NCBI RefSeq assembly: GCF_009914755.1
Contig: NC_060926.1
Strand: one strand, 5' to 3'
DNA length: 64,000 bases
From: the human T2T-CHM13v2.0 reference genome, Homo sapiens
Of the stretch, positions 31,320-44,875 are shown one piece after another. The notes under the pieces are model-generated. The model saw only the letters and a program-made list of their open reading frames with translations, was not told where the DNA came from and did no database searches. A program made the position numbers and the translations under genes. How positions within the stretch are numbered: the first letter of the stretch is position 1; the number at the start of each line of letters is the position of its first letter.

Positions 31320-31569
31320 TCACCATCCTCCATCCTGTCACATTAGTAGGTGACGTGGTCCCTGTCTGCCTCTCTGATGTAGCGTCCAGCCTATGGGGAA
31401 GGGAGTGAGGTGGTCTGCCCTGCTTTCTGTGGCACCTTCGGTCCCAGAGCGCCTGCACCTGTCACAGAACTGGGACAGAGCAGACCCTGCAGTGTGCAGC
31501 AGCGCTGAGAACCCCCAGCCCTTCTGCCCTGGCTCAGTGTTGGGATTCAGGTCTGGGCAGGTCAATGAG

Positions 31570-31720
31570 GTGGAATTGGCCTCAGACTTGGAGTCCTGGG
31601 TTTGGGTTCTTGCTCTGTCCCTTGTCACGACCAGTCCCTTTCCAAGCTCCTGAGCCCCCATTTGTAGAATGACGATGGTGCAATTTGCCTCCAGGCTGCT
31701 GAGGACTGAAGGAGCCCCAC
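31570..31720 (+). mobile_element. MIR fragment
   Basis: cctgggtttgggttcttgctctg...cccatttgtagaatg...gctgctgaggactgaa. Confidence 0.45.
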
Positions 31721-33936
31721 CTGCAAGTCCGAAGAGCATCTGTGAAGTCCCAGGCACACACCTGGGTGATGGGGCCGGTGGTGGAGTTCCTGGGGTTCAC
31801 CAGGTGCTTGAAACCTTGGGCGGCTATAACCCTTCAGTGTGGGAGGCGGGGCGCGGCTTGCGAAGGTTTCTTCAGATTCACAAAGGCAGCGAACACACCT
31901 TGGTGAGACGCTCCAGGGAGATGTTTCCAGCCGCCACCAAAGACCCAGACACTCCTCCTCCCACGGGAGTTTCCTGCTCTGCCTCCTGCCTCCCACCTGC
32001 TCCTTTCTTCTTTCCATTCTTAGACTTACTTTGGGAAAAGAAATCTTTGTTTGAAGGAAGGCAATGGAGTCTGCTCTCCAAATGAGGCCTCAGTGCCCTG
32101 GCCCCCCGCCAAACACCATGCCCTGGGCTGGCCAGAACGTGCCTCTGCAGCGCAGCCCCAGCAGTCGGTGCATCTTATCTCCATCTGCCCCACCCTCCAG
32201 CCCTCTGCTCAGATGTGTCTAATGAGGGATCTCTGGAGTGGGTGGTTGGAGCCACCTCCTCCTTCTCCCTGCCCCACATGCACAGTCAGCTAGATCCAAA
32301 AGAGCAGGCAGAGGGCCACCGTGCTCACTCCACCATGCTCACTCTCTCCAGGGTGCCTCCCCAGCCTGGTGTGAGGGTGCCACGAGGGGCCTCTACCTTA
32401 CTCTTCTCCTGCCCCAGGCAGCAGGCAAGCAAGACCTTTGCTCAGTGTGTGGTCTGGTGACACACTTCCTTCCATCCCTCAGGCTGGACAGCATCTTTGA
32501 CCACCCGAAATCGTCACTCTGCCAGCAACATGTCCCCCAGGCCCCAAAGCACTGCACTGCGCTGGGTCAGGGCTGCTGCGTGTTCTGTTCCTGCGTGTTT
32601 GCTGTTTATGTGTTTATTTTATCATCTCCTGGGGCAGATGAGTTGCAGAAGGAACCAAAGAAAGATGTGAGGAGATGTGGGGCAAATGTGTAGGTGGGAG
32701 GAAGCTAGGACACTGCAAGAATGTCATTACTCACTTTTTGAAATTTATAAACTCTTAAAATCCATTGCTGTGAAGGTCACCCTCATTCAGTACCAGCCGA
32801 GGGGACCCTCGCTCTGGCTCTTGGGGCCCTAGGACTGTGCCAGCATCAGTAGCATCGTCTGTCTTATTGAATTCTGGCAGCGATGGTCTAGGGGTGCTTG
32901 TGTGCCCCACGGTGCAGATGAGAAGTCTGATCCTGGGGGTGCTGGCAAGTGGAAGTGCCGGCCCCGTCTCCTGTAAGTCTAATGTCTGGGCACAAAAGCT
33001 CCTCCCTCATGCCTCCTCCTCCAAGGAAGGGGTGCGAGACTTTGCACAGGTGCAAGAGGATGGGCTGAGACACATGTGCATCCATAGGGGTCCACGGACA
33101 CAGAACAATGGCATTGGTTCAGAAGACAGAGAATTTATATTTTCTTTTGGGTGCAGTAAAAATAGCCTGTGCATTCCCGGAACAGCAAGCACTGAAGATG
33201 ACTGCTCAGGGCATTTTGTCTTGAAGAGAAACAAACAAACAAACTTGATTGTTGCCTGGTTGTCGAGACCCAAACAATCCCCCTCCCACCTCCGTTCATC
33301 ACGGGGCCCCTGCCAACCTTTCTGTATAAGAGGGGCTTGCTTTTAGCTTCTCTATGGGAGAGCCAAGCCAGGTTGGGTGGCGTCTGCATGGGTTTTGGAT
33401 GAAGACAATTTGCCCATTCCCAACTCTGGGACAGCTCGGCAATTCCTGCCTGGCGGGCAAGGGAGGAGCTCTCCAGAGAGTGTTGTCTTCCCTCAGCCAG
33501 ACCCCTCGGTCTCCCTTCCCTCCTCCTCCAGCCAAGAGAAACAAACTCTGCAAAGGACCTGCTGACAACAGTGGTGAATGGGCTGCAACGGGTGGCAGTG
33601 CTCCTTGGCTGGGCCCCGCATGGCCCCTACCATGGCTTGCTCAGTAAACACAATGATTAGAGCACCCAGAGGGGCCCACAGGCCTGGGCATTTCCAGCAT
33701 TTGAATGTCTCTTGAGTTTAAATCACTTCTCACCAAACTGGTCCAGGCCAAGGCCCCAGAAGAAGGGATGGGATTACATGGGTTTCCTAGTGCAGAGAAA
33801 AGCTGGTCCAGAGGGGTTGGCTGGCACACCCTGCCCACGTGCACCTTGGAAGGAGGATGAGTTGACACAGTGCATATGGGTAGGCAGTTTCCTTATACTC
33901 TGTACCTGATGAGGATAGGATAACGCTGCGGTCTCC

Positions 33937-34300
33937 ACACATGCAAACAGACACGCATGTGTATGCACACACAGGCAGGCACACACCCTCAAACACACAT
34001 ACACTCACATGTATGTATACACACATGAGCACACCTCCACATGCACACACAGATGTGTATATACACTGGCATGCACACATCCTCAAACACATGCATATAC
34101 TCACATGTATGGATACACACATGAGCACACCTCCACATGCACACACAGACATGCATACACACACACAGGCATGCACACACCCTGATATACATGCATATAC
34201 TGACATATATGTATACACACAAGCACACCTCCACATGCACACTCACACACATGCACACACAGGCCTGCACACATGCTCTAACTTATGCACACACCTCAAA
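33937..34300. repeat. CA/CATA-rich low-complexity repeat with internal duplication
   Basis: acacatgagcacacctccacatgcacacacaga recurs within the tract. Confidence 0.9.
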
Positions 34301-35599
34301 TATGGAGAGGCTCTGGCTAAACACGACTGCCTAGAAAAGCCTTGAGCCTCACTGCAACTCAGGGTACACACAGAGCAGACGCCCCTGCTCTCCTTAGCGG
34401 TGCTTCCAGTTTCTGGATTATTGGGCAAAGGTTCAACCTTTGGCCTTTGGTATGGGAAGCCCTCACCTCTTCAGTGGCACATGAAGTCAACCAGACCACA
34501 GAGGTGAGATGACAGCAGCCATGTGCCATCAGCCACCTCCTGCCCTGCCCGACACCAAGACCTCTGGAGCCCTGGGGACGCCATCATGCTTTCCTGGGTG
34601 GACAAGCCCTCCCCAAAACCTCCCTCTTTCCCTGGAAATGGCTGCTGCAACACTACAGCCTCTCGCCCACTTTGCAACACCAGCTCCCAAACTCTAGGGG
34701 GATGCAGCACCTACAGAAATGTGTCTGAGTTCCTGACATGGGGGCCAGCTTCTAGAAGGGCCTGAGCCTGAGGGAGTCCCCTCTGTCTCCCAGCTCCTTC
34801 CTGGTACTCACAGATGGCCCCAATTATGAATGAACCCAGCTGGAGCATGGGCTGTAAGGGCTCTGCCCCAGGGGACGCAGGGTCCCTGGGAGGTGAAGCA
34901 TCCACGGTTCTTCTTGAATTAGCAATCCGCAGTGAGCTGACAAGCAGGGCTCGCCACAAGGGGAAGGAGGGAACATCTGGGAGCTGTGTGCCCTGTGTGA
35001 GGGTGGCAACCAGAGAGGGGATGCCGGGAGGGTGATGAGGCTGGGCTGGGAAGCCTTCCCTCCCTCTAGTGCCCTGTGGGGCTGTCTCTGAAGAACACTG
35101 GGCAAGTTGGTCTCAGCCGGGGCCCCACAGGACACCAGGCAGCGCCCTCAGAGGAGGTGACTGAGTGTATGAAGGGCCCTGGTCAGAAGTGGGGGCAGAG
35201 TTAGAGAAATCTGGGGCTGAGAACAGTGACATGGCGGGGTGGTGAGAGCGACCTGTGGCCACCGTGGGAGAGGGATGCCAGGCAGGACTGAGGCCCTCAG
35301 CTCGTGGAGAGGATGCCGCTGCAAAGCTGCCACAGGTGAGGAGGGAGTTAGAGGATGAATGTGCCGCAGGCCCCTTTCCTGCTGCTTTTCTCTGGTGTCT
35401 GCCAGCCCAGCCAGGGCCAAGGATGCCGAGCATGGGGCACCCACCTCCCCAAGCAAGGCCAGAAGGTGGCTGTGCAGGAGCAGGTAAGGGACGCGGAGCC
35501 GGATGTGGAACTGGGCGGGAGGGCGAACATGAGACGAGTGAGGATGAAGAACTCGGGGATGGTGGCTCCTCGCTGGATGCCCAGCTCCATGCCCAACCC

Positions 35600-36010
35600 T
35601 GCTCCTGGCCTGTGCTGTAAGGAACTGCAGTTCCCCAGGCTCTGCCTCTGATTTCTGGATAGTTTCAGCCACGGAGGAACAGTTGGAAGATGATAAGACA
35701 GAAGAAGTTGAGGTGCCAGGACACTTCTCTTCCCTCTGCCTCATGTGCCGTCTCCTGCTGTAGCTGCATCTGCCTCCCGAGGGTCCTCTGGGTGGTCCTG
35801 GCTCCTGCTGACTACTCCAGGACTTAGGCTTAGAGGGCAGCCTTCTCCCTGCTCAGCTACCTCCTGCTAATGGAAAGTCTGGGTTGCATCACTGTCTTGT
35901 TTGGCATCTGAGCTCCTCCATGCCCTGGGAAACGATTCCTTATAATAAATCCCCTCTATTTGAAAGACCTAGAATGCTCTCCAGTTCCCTGCCTGGGCCT
36001 TGAGTGATGC
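35600..36010 (+). mobile_element. ERVL-type LTR fragment (LTR33/LTR41-like)
   Basis: 3' end aataaatccccctctatttgaaagacctagaatg...tgagtgatgCA. Confidence 0.5.
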
Positions 36011-37189
36011 AGTCCAGTGGGAGATGGATTTTGCAGGGCCTTGTTGGCTGTAGTTAGAAGTTTGTTCTTAGAATATATTTCAAGGGGGTCCCACAGAAGA
36101 TCCTATGCAGGAACGGAGCCCCACTTAGAATCAGAGCAGACGGGCCACCGACTGTGGGGACCTATGGATTCACTCAGCCGTTCATTCAGCAAACACTTTG
36201 TGAAAGTCTGATACATTCACCCACTTATTCATTCCCTAAGTAGTAACTGGAACTCTTTCATGGGGTCCCCTGGAATTCATACTCCTTCTCAAGCCCTGGT
36301 GTTCTGCAAAGGTAGGAAGTGGGCCTCAGTTCCTGCATCATGAAGCTGGGGACACATCTGCCCAGGTCGACCACCCCTCTAGGCAGGTGTGTCACAGCCT
36401 GGCTGCAGAGGCCCCTCCCTTCCTCGCTAAGCAGGACCACCAATGGCTCACCCCAGAGTGTCGCCCCAGAACCCCCCCAGTCCTCACACACACTGTTGCT
36501 CATCCACCCTACATCACCACCTTTGGGGTGCAAAGCACCCAAACTCAGCCGCAGAGCCTCCTCAGTGCAGGGGCCTCGGCCGGGCAGAGGGTGCTGTGAA
36601 AGTGCGCTTGCATGCTCTGTCCTTTTTGAGGAGGAGACGTGTTTTGGAGCCGCTCATTTGCAGAATGTTTAGAAATTCAAAGGCCATATATTTACTGGGA
36701 ACAAAACAGAATACTGACTTATGTGGGAAATAGAAACATGCCAACCTTCCTTTGCTGTGAGAGCAGGTCCCCTGCACTTGATTCTTGGGACTGTGCACTA
36801 CAGACCCATGTTAGAGCCGGAAAGAACATGACTGGCAGGGGAGGGCCATGCGGTGGTCTGGGCCCGAGCCCTCTCCGAGCAGGGTGTCTGTTGCCCAGCC
36901 CCCGGACTCGGGGACAAAACTGCTGCCTTAGAAAATGAGGTTGTCTATAAAACACTCAGAAGTAGAGAGGCTCAGACAGCTCACACTTGCGGATGCTCAC
37001 TGCTCACTGCATGTCAGTAATGATGACGAGGTGCGTTTCTTCATCTTGAAATAAATACTCATCACAAACACATAGAAGAGCGACAATGGGAGGAGACACT
37101 TTAAATATTTATGCAAAAATAAAAAGGCAATAGATTCTGAAAGATGTGCTTTTCCAGGTGAGGCTTGGGAGCCTGACAGCAAGGATGCT

Positions 37190-38911
<1,722 letters not shown>

Positions 38912-39791
38912 CTCAGTGGGGCACGCCCTCCCCCCAGGCTGCCAGTTCCTCGTGTTAAAGCTCTTCCTGGTCTAAGCTGGGTCTCCCGGCCCAGGAGACG
39001 CCTGCAGCCAGGGGCTTGTCACTGGTTCCATTCTTCATTCATTCGTTCTGTTTGCTTTTGCTATGCATCCTCTCCATCAGGACCTGCCCTGCGCTGGTGG
39101 GCGGTCACCGTGGGCCTGTGAATGGACCAGCACTTTAACTCACTGCTGGAGGCAGGGAAGGGCGTGGAGGTGGTTGTCCCCATCTACTTCTGACACAGGC
39201 TTAAGAAAACTTGCCTGCCCCATGCCCAAAGTCACCCGAACCTTAACCACATAGACAACATGATCAATGCCATCTGTCTGCAAGAACATCATCTTGGGAA
39301 CATAATCATCTCCAATAAATTTGCAACTGAATTTTCTTTGTTTGTTTCATTGAAGAGCTGGCTGGGTACATATTTCAGACAAGTCATGAGGCTCTTCTAG
39401 ATCAGTGTCTGAGAAGACATTTGCTGTGCTTGTAGCAAATGCTGTTGTAATCTCTGCCAGGCTGCGGGAAAACAGGAAGACACGGGCACTTTGGTGGATG
39501 GTGGAGCTGGGGAGGTCAGCTCTTAGAGCAGCAGCGAGCTGGTGGAAAATTGACAGGAAGAGTCCCATAGAGGTGCCAGGCCAGCCCTTCTCTGCAAGCA
39601 GTGGGTGGGGCCTACCGTGGGCCTGAGGACCCACTGGTGGGGCAGCCCCTGGGCCCCTTTCATCTTAGGGTTCTCTCTGTGGCAGAGCCGACCCTGGTGA
39701 GGCAGAGTTGTGGTGTGGGGGTCCCATCTCTGGGCTGGAACCCCTGGGGAAGGTGTGGGTGTCAGAATGAGCCCTGTCAGGCCAGTCCCCC

Positions 39792-39850
39792 GCACGTGAG
39801 ACCCAGGTGGACAAGCAGCCCCGGCACGTGAGACCCAGGTGGACAAGCAG
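39792..39850. repeat. 32-bp-period tandem duplication
   Basis: gcacgtgagacccaggtggacaagcag at 39792 and 39824. Confidence 0.93.
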
Positions 39851-42406
39851 AGAGGAGTGGAGGGAAAACATTAAGGTCTTGGCCGGACCCGAGAAACTGA
39901 TCTGAAGCTACTTCAGGGCTCCTGAATCAGGGGAGTGGGGCGGAGCTCTGGGCTTGCTCTGCACCTGCACAGCTTCCTGTGAGGCCAGCGTGCCTAGGGC
40001 CGGGCCTGGCTCTGGCCTGTTCCCTGTAGCCTGCAGTGTTCTCCAGCATCCAGGCCAGCGATGGGGTGGCAGCAGGAATCCCAGGAGACAGGCCGGGCAG
40101 GCTGGGCTCTGTTCTAGCACGTGGAGGGGCACTTGGGTTGTGCCTGGGGGGAGCAGGGGGTGGGGTGTCCTCCAGGAGTGTGGTGGGCCTGGTGTTGGCC
40201 CTGTCTGCAGGAAGTGCAGCATGGCCCAGAGGCTCCCAAGCATGGCCTTTCATGGGGACCCTTCATGGGGATCGTGGTTCTGCGGTTCGAGAGGAAGGGG
40301 TGAGGAAGGGAGTAAGGATACATCGTGGTGTGGCCAGCAGCCGGACGCTCAGCCCCAGATGGGGCATCAGAGGAGCCTTGGTGGATTTGTCTGAAGATTG
40401 TCTGGGGGAAAGGGAGGTGTGCCTGTGGCTGGCATCCTGTGGGGATATCTACAGGGAAGCCCCAGTGTGGGGCAAGAGGCCCACAGCTGGGGCCTGGGGA
40501 GGCACTCAGACTGGAGGGGGGCCACCACAGGCCCAGGCAGCAGGAGCTGGTATTGGAGACCAGGGTGGCTCAGTATGTTGGAAGCGGTGCCTGACAGGGT
40601 CCAGCACATGCACCGGGCCCCATTCTGAACCTGATGGGGTAGCCGGGAAACTAGGTGTGGTTGGGTGCAGAAGCTCTGCGTGTAGGGGAAGGTGATGGTG
40701 CTGGGGGAGTGGTCAGAGTGGGTGCCCCTCCCAGAAATTGCTTCACCCTGTTTCTTCTCCAGTGGGGGGAAACTAGCTTTTCAGGAGAAGAGGCCAAAGC
40801 TGGGGCCCACAGAGGAGCTTGGCCAGGCTGCCTCTCCCACCCATGAGTCAGGATGGGCCGGCAGCAGGGGCTGGTTCTGGTGGGTGCACCGAACCTCGGC
40901 GGATCTACCCCTGCACCCCCATCTTCCACCCACTCCCCAAACCCTGAGTACCAGCCCTGCCCAGAGGCCCGGGTGTCTCTAACATGTGTGGTTTCTCCAT
41001 CCTCAGCCCCGACTCTGCTGGGATGTTCTTCCTGCCGGTGTACTGCCTGGGGAGCAGCTGCTCCTGACTAAGATGCTGTCAGGATCCTAGCCCAGTCCCG
41101 TGCCCCCCGCCTCCTGCCCCTCCAGTCCATCCCTGCTCAGCCTGGGTCCTTCCTCCTGCAGGCTGCCTGCTCATGGGGCCCTCGAAGCAGATGTGGGTTT
41201 GCTGAGTGAGGAGAGGAGGAGTGTCTCAGGATCTGGCCTGCACGGTCTCCTTGGCCCCCTGGCCAGGCCCGCGTGGTAAGAGCCGATCCACACGGGGCTC
41301 CTGGGGCCCCGCCCATGGGCTGGCTGCTCACATGGACTATGCTGATGCTGATGATGCCGGAGCATAAATAAAGGTGCTGAAAGCTGACTTGGCCAGATGG
41401 GGACCAGCTCCACGGGATGTGTGGGTCAAATGGGGAGGGCCTAAGATCCAGAATGAGACCTCAGTGGGAGCATGAGGGGGCTCTACCAGCTAGGGCTCGT
41501 GCAGGGGCTGGCAGGGCTGGTGCAACTCTGGGACAGGCTGGGCTCTGGCCTCTGGTGGGAGCCCTGCTCTGGAGCGGGTCCTGCACTGGAGGAGGTCACA
41601 TTGAGCCGCAGGTACATCCGGCAGGGCGGGAGGGTGGCTGACACCAGGCAGGGCCCAGGCCTCCAGCCGCATGCAGGCAGGGAGGGGTGCGGGGAGGAGT
41701 GTTGGCAGGGCCTGGCTGTGGTAAGGGAGAAACATCTGTCGTCTGGTGAGGAGGGGGCTCCTGGGCACCCCCTTCCCCACCCCGCCCCTGCCCTGTCTGA
41801 CCCTGGTGGTCATGTGCCACACCATCGTCTTTCTAGTCCAGGGACAGACACAGCTCTTTGTCCCTGGAGGCTGTGGGGTGATACAGATCACAGAATCAGA
41901 GGTTCAGAGGCTCTGTTTGTTTCTCGGGGACTGCTGCCCATGCCGGGCAGAGCAAGCTGCAAGTCCCCCAGCCCCAATCCTCCAACCTCGGGAGCCAGAG
42001 ACTGGCCGAGGAGCTGTCTGCAGAGGGCACAGCCAAATCTGGTGCCTCTAGGGCCATGTGCAAACCCCTCCCCAGCCCAACCACACCCACTTGCTCAAAA
42101 CCCCCACTCACGTGCACCCCCCATGTTCATGCCCTGCCACCCACACATGTGCACCCCCACCACGTGCACACACCACTCACACACAGGGAATACAATATTT
42201 AGTGTTTTTTATTTAGTGTTTTTTGTTTGTTTGTTTTACAAAACCAAGTTCTTGGCCCATGAAGCAGCGCCTCTTGTTCCCAGCGCATGAAGGGCAGGGA
42301 GCACCAGGGAAAGACGGGAGGCTGGGCCCCACCCCAGACAAGCCCCTCTCCGTCTCCTACCCACTAGTCTGCTCTGGAAGGCAGAAGGCAGCAGTTCTGA
42401 GGCCCC

Positions 42407-42490
42407 AGCTTTAGAAGTCTCTCCGCACAGTTGCGCTCAGCCACGAAGCTTAGAAGTCTCTCCGCACAGTTGCACTCAGCCGCAAAGCTT
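42407..42490. repeat. 39-bp tandem duplication
   Basis: ttagaagtctctccgcacagttgc(g/a)ctcagcc at 42411 and 42450. Confidence 0.93.
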
Positions 42491-44659
42491 CTCCTTGCAC
42501 GGGAGCACCACTAGCCAGCCACATGCCGGGGGCTTTTCAGAGAGGGGGAAGTTGGGTCTAGGGGGTCACTTGTCAACAGGGAGTCTCTGCCCTTGTCGTC
42601 ATGACCTGGTTCCTGGGCTCCACCTGGGGCATCCCTGCCTTGTCCCTGCTGCGTCTCCTCAGTTCCCAGGGCTGGGCCCAGAAAAGTCTCCAGGACACTG
42701 TGCCCAGCCCAGACCCAGGGGCTCCAACCAGAGCAAGGGCTGAGAGCAGTGCTCCCTGGCCCCTGCACACACACAGCTGGCACCTCCCTCCCTCCCTGGG
42801 TGTGCGCTGCCGCCTTCCCCTGCCCGGCCTCCCTGCCCCACCTCAGGGAGCTGGGATGGCTACTGTGTCCCCACACCTCCTCCAGGGGGGCCCTCCGCTA
42901 CCTCTTCCCCACTGCCTCTCTGTCCCACACCAGCCCTGGGGCCCGGCCCTGCACTGCTCTCTCCAGAATCCTTTCCAGGGCTTGGGGGCAGGACTGCCTG
43001 GCCCCTGCACCCAGATCGCTGCTGAGACTCTCCCTGAGCGGGAGGCCCTAAGAATCACAGGCTCTCCAGCCCCACTGCCTTCTGTGCTCTCAGCTCCCGC
43101 CCATCCTGGGCTCAAGGCCTGGTGGATTTCCTCAGGCCTTGGCCCCTAGAGCCCACTCTCTCCTCCTTTCTCCTGGCCTGGGTACCTGAGGTCCCAGGAG
43201 GCCCGCTTCAGGGCACCCTTCTGACCTGAGACGGGACTCTTGAGTCCCAGCCAGCGTGGCCGATGCGCAATCCCTTGGTCAAATGCCCTTCGGTGGGTCA
43301 GCACCTCCGGCCCATCATGCTGTGCTGGTCAGTCCCCGTGGGCGTATTCTTACCCGTTCAGCCTGGCAGCTCTTCCGGGTCCCACAAGAGTCTCTGAGCA
43401 CAGCGGACGCCCCTTCTTCACGAGCTCCACACCCTGTTCTGACTCCACAGTCTCTCTCTGATGACAGCTCGGAGGGCTTCCCTCGGGCCGACACCTTCCT
43501 GGAGACCCTGGATGTATCCGGCAATCGTGGTGCAGAAGAGGGGCCTCCAGGGCCCTCCAGATGGGGCACGGGAGCCACTCAGCAAGAGCACTGGGCAATT
43601 ATGCACGAAATATTCATCCAATTATTTGCCTAACAAATTAACTTAGTTCATCATGAAAAAGTGGAATTAGTTTTATTTATTGGGTGCATGAAAGTCAAAG
43701 CAAGCCAACTTTTAAAACACATGTAATATGTACGCAACTATTTCTAGCACAATAAAGCCAATTATTTTTGAAAATAAAATCTAGTACTGGTTAGAGCATA
43801 TCTATAGCAACTGTTGGGTAGTCATTCTTGTCTATTTTTGAGCAATGAAAAGTCAAAACTATGCAAATGGCTGGAGGTGCACTTTTATAATAAAATGTTG
43901 AGTATTTGCAGGCGTTCACTTGCAGGGCGGCTGCACACTTCTGATTGAAGGCTCTGTGGTAGCGTCGCTCTCCCAGGACACAGAGCTGGGCCTTTTGGGC
44001 TGCGCGCACATTCGGTGTGACCCCCTCTGTCCCTCTCCTCTCGCATAGGGGTCAGCGCTGCATGAGGATAGAGTGTGTCCCCCTCCTCGCATGTGGCTAC
44101 TCTAGGGGCCATCCCGCTCATCGCTTCTTGCCCAGTGTTCTGTCTCCAGTTCTGTCTCCAACTCTGCACTGGAATCCTCTTTGACCAGACCTCCTTCCTG
44201 CACATGGGTAAAGCCCCTGCCTCTCCGAGTGGCACCCGAGCCCTGTCTACCACTGCTTCCCTGTGGACAAGCTGCCCAGACGGGGCCCCAGCTCTCTGTG
44301 TCCTTCCATGGAAGGCTCTTGTCTCTTATCTGTGGTGCGCCGTGCTCCCCAGGCTCGTCCTCTTTCAAGTCTCACCTCAAACTTTGTACCGGGGGCCTTC
44401 GTAACCCCCTTCTATCACCAGACAGAGCCATCTCCTCATCGGCCCGGCCTCCTCCTCACTCCCATTGTCCTGCTGCTCAGACCCATGGTCCTCCAAGGCT
44501 TCTCTCTGTATTTCAAACAAAGCCACTGCAGCCACAAAGATTCTGTTGACTTTGTAAATAACGAAGCAATAAAAATACCAAATATAGTGTCTCAAACTAT
44601 ACATGTGCCACTCTTCCTCTTCATCAATAATCACCATTTTAAGGTATGAGTTACAACAG

Positions 44660-44875
44660 GATGATAATTGCCAGGTGTAAGCTACGTGCTTGACTATTTC
44701 TATGTGTTAATTCATGTAGTTCTAACAAGAACTGTTTTATCTTGGTACTGCTATTTTCATCCCCATTTTCCAGGTGGGAAAGGTGAGATCCAGTGCGAAT
44801 AATGACTTTGTCTAAAGCTACACAGATAGTGAGTGTTAGATCCAAGATGCTACTCTGAGTCACACCATTAACCCC
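44660..44875 (-). mobile_element. MIR SINE
   Basis: ggtactgctattttcatccccattttccaggtgggaaa...tgactttgtctaaagctacacag. Confidence 0.7.

Noticed and set aside
39900-43200. Many overlapping 100-270 aa ORFs in the GC-rich block
   Set aside because: Expected from stop-codon scarcity at high GC. They are rich in Gly/Pro/Ala/Trp, show no recognisable domain and have no consistent frame or strand.
43451-43633. LRR-like peptide LETLDVSGN downstream of a possible acceptor (ctgactccacAG)
   Set aside because: It is a single isolated motif with no neighbouring LRR units and no partner exons recognised; most likely chance.
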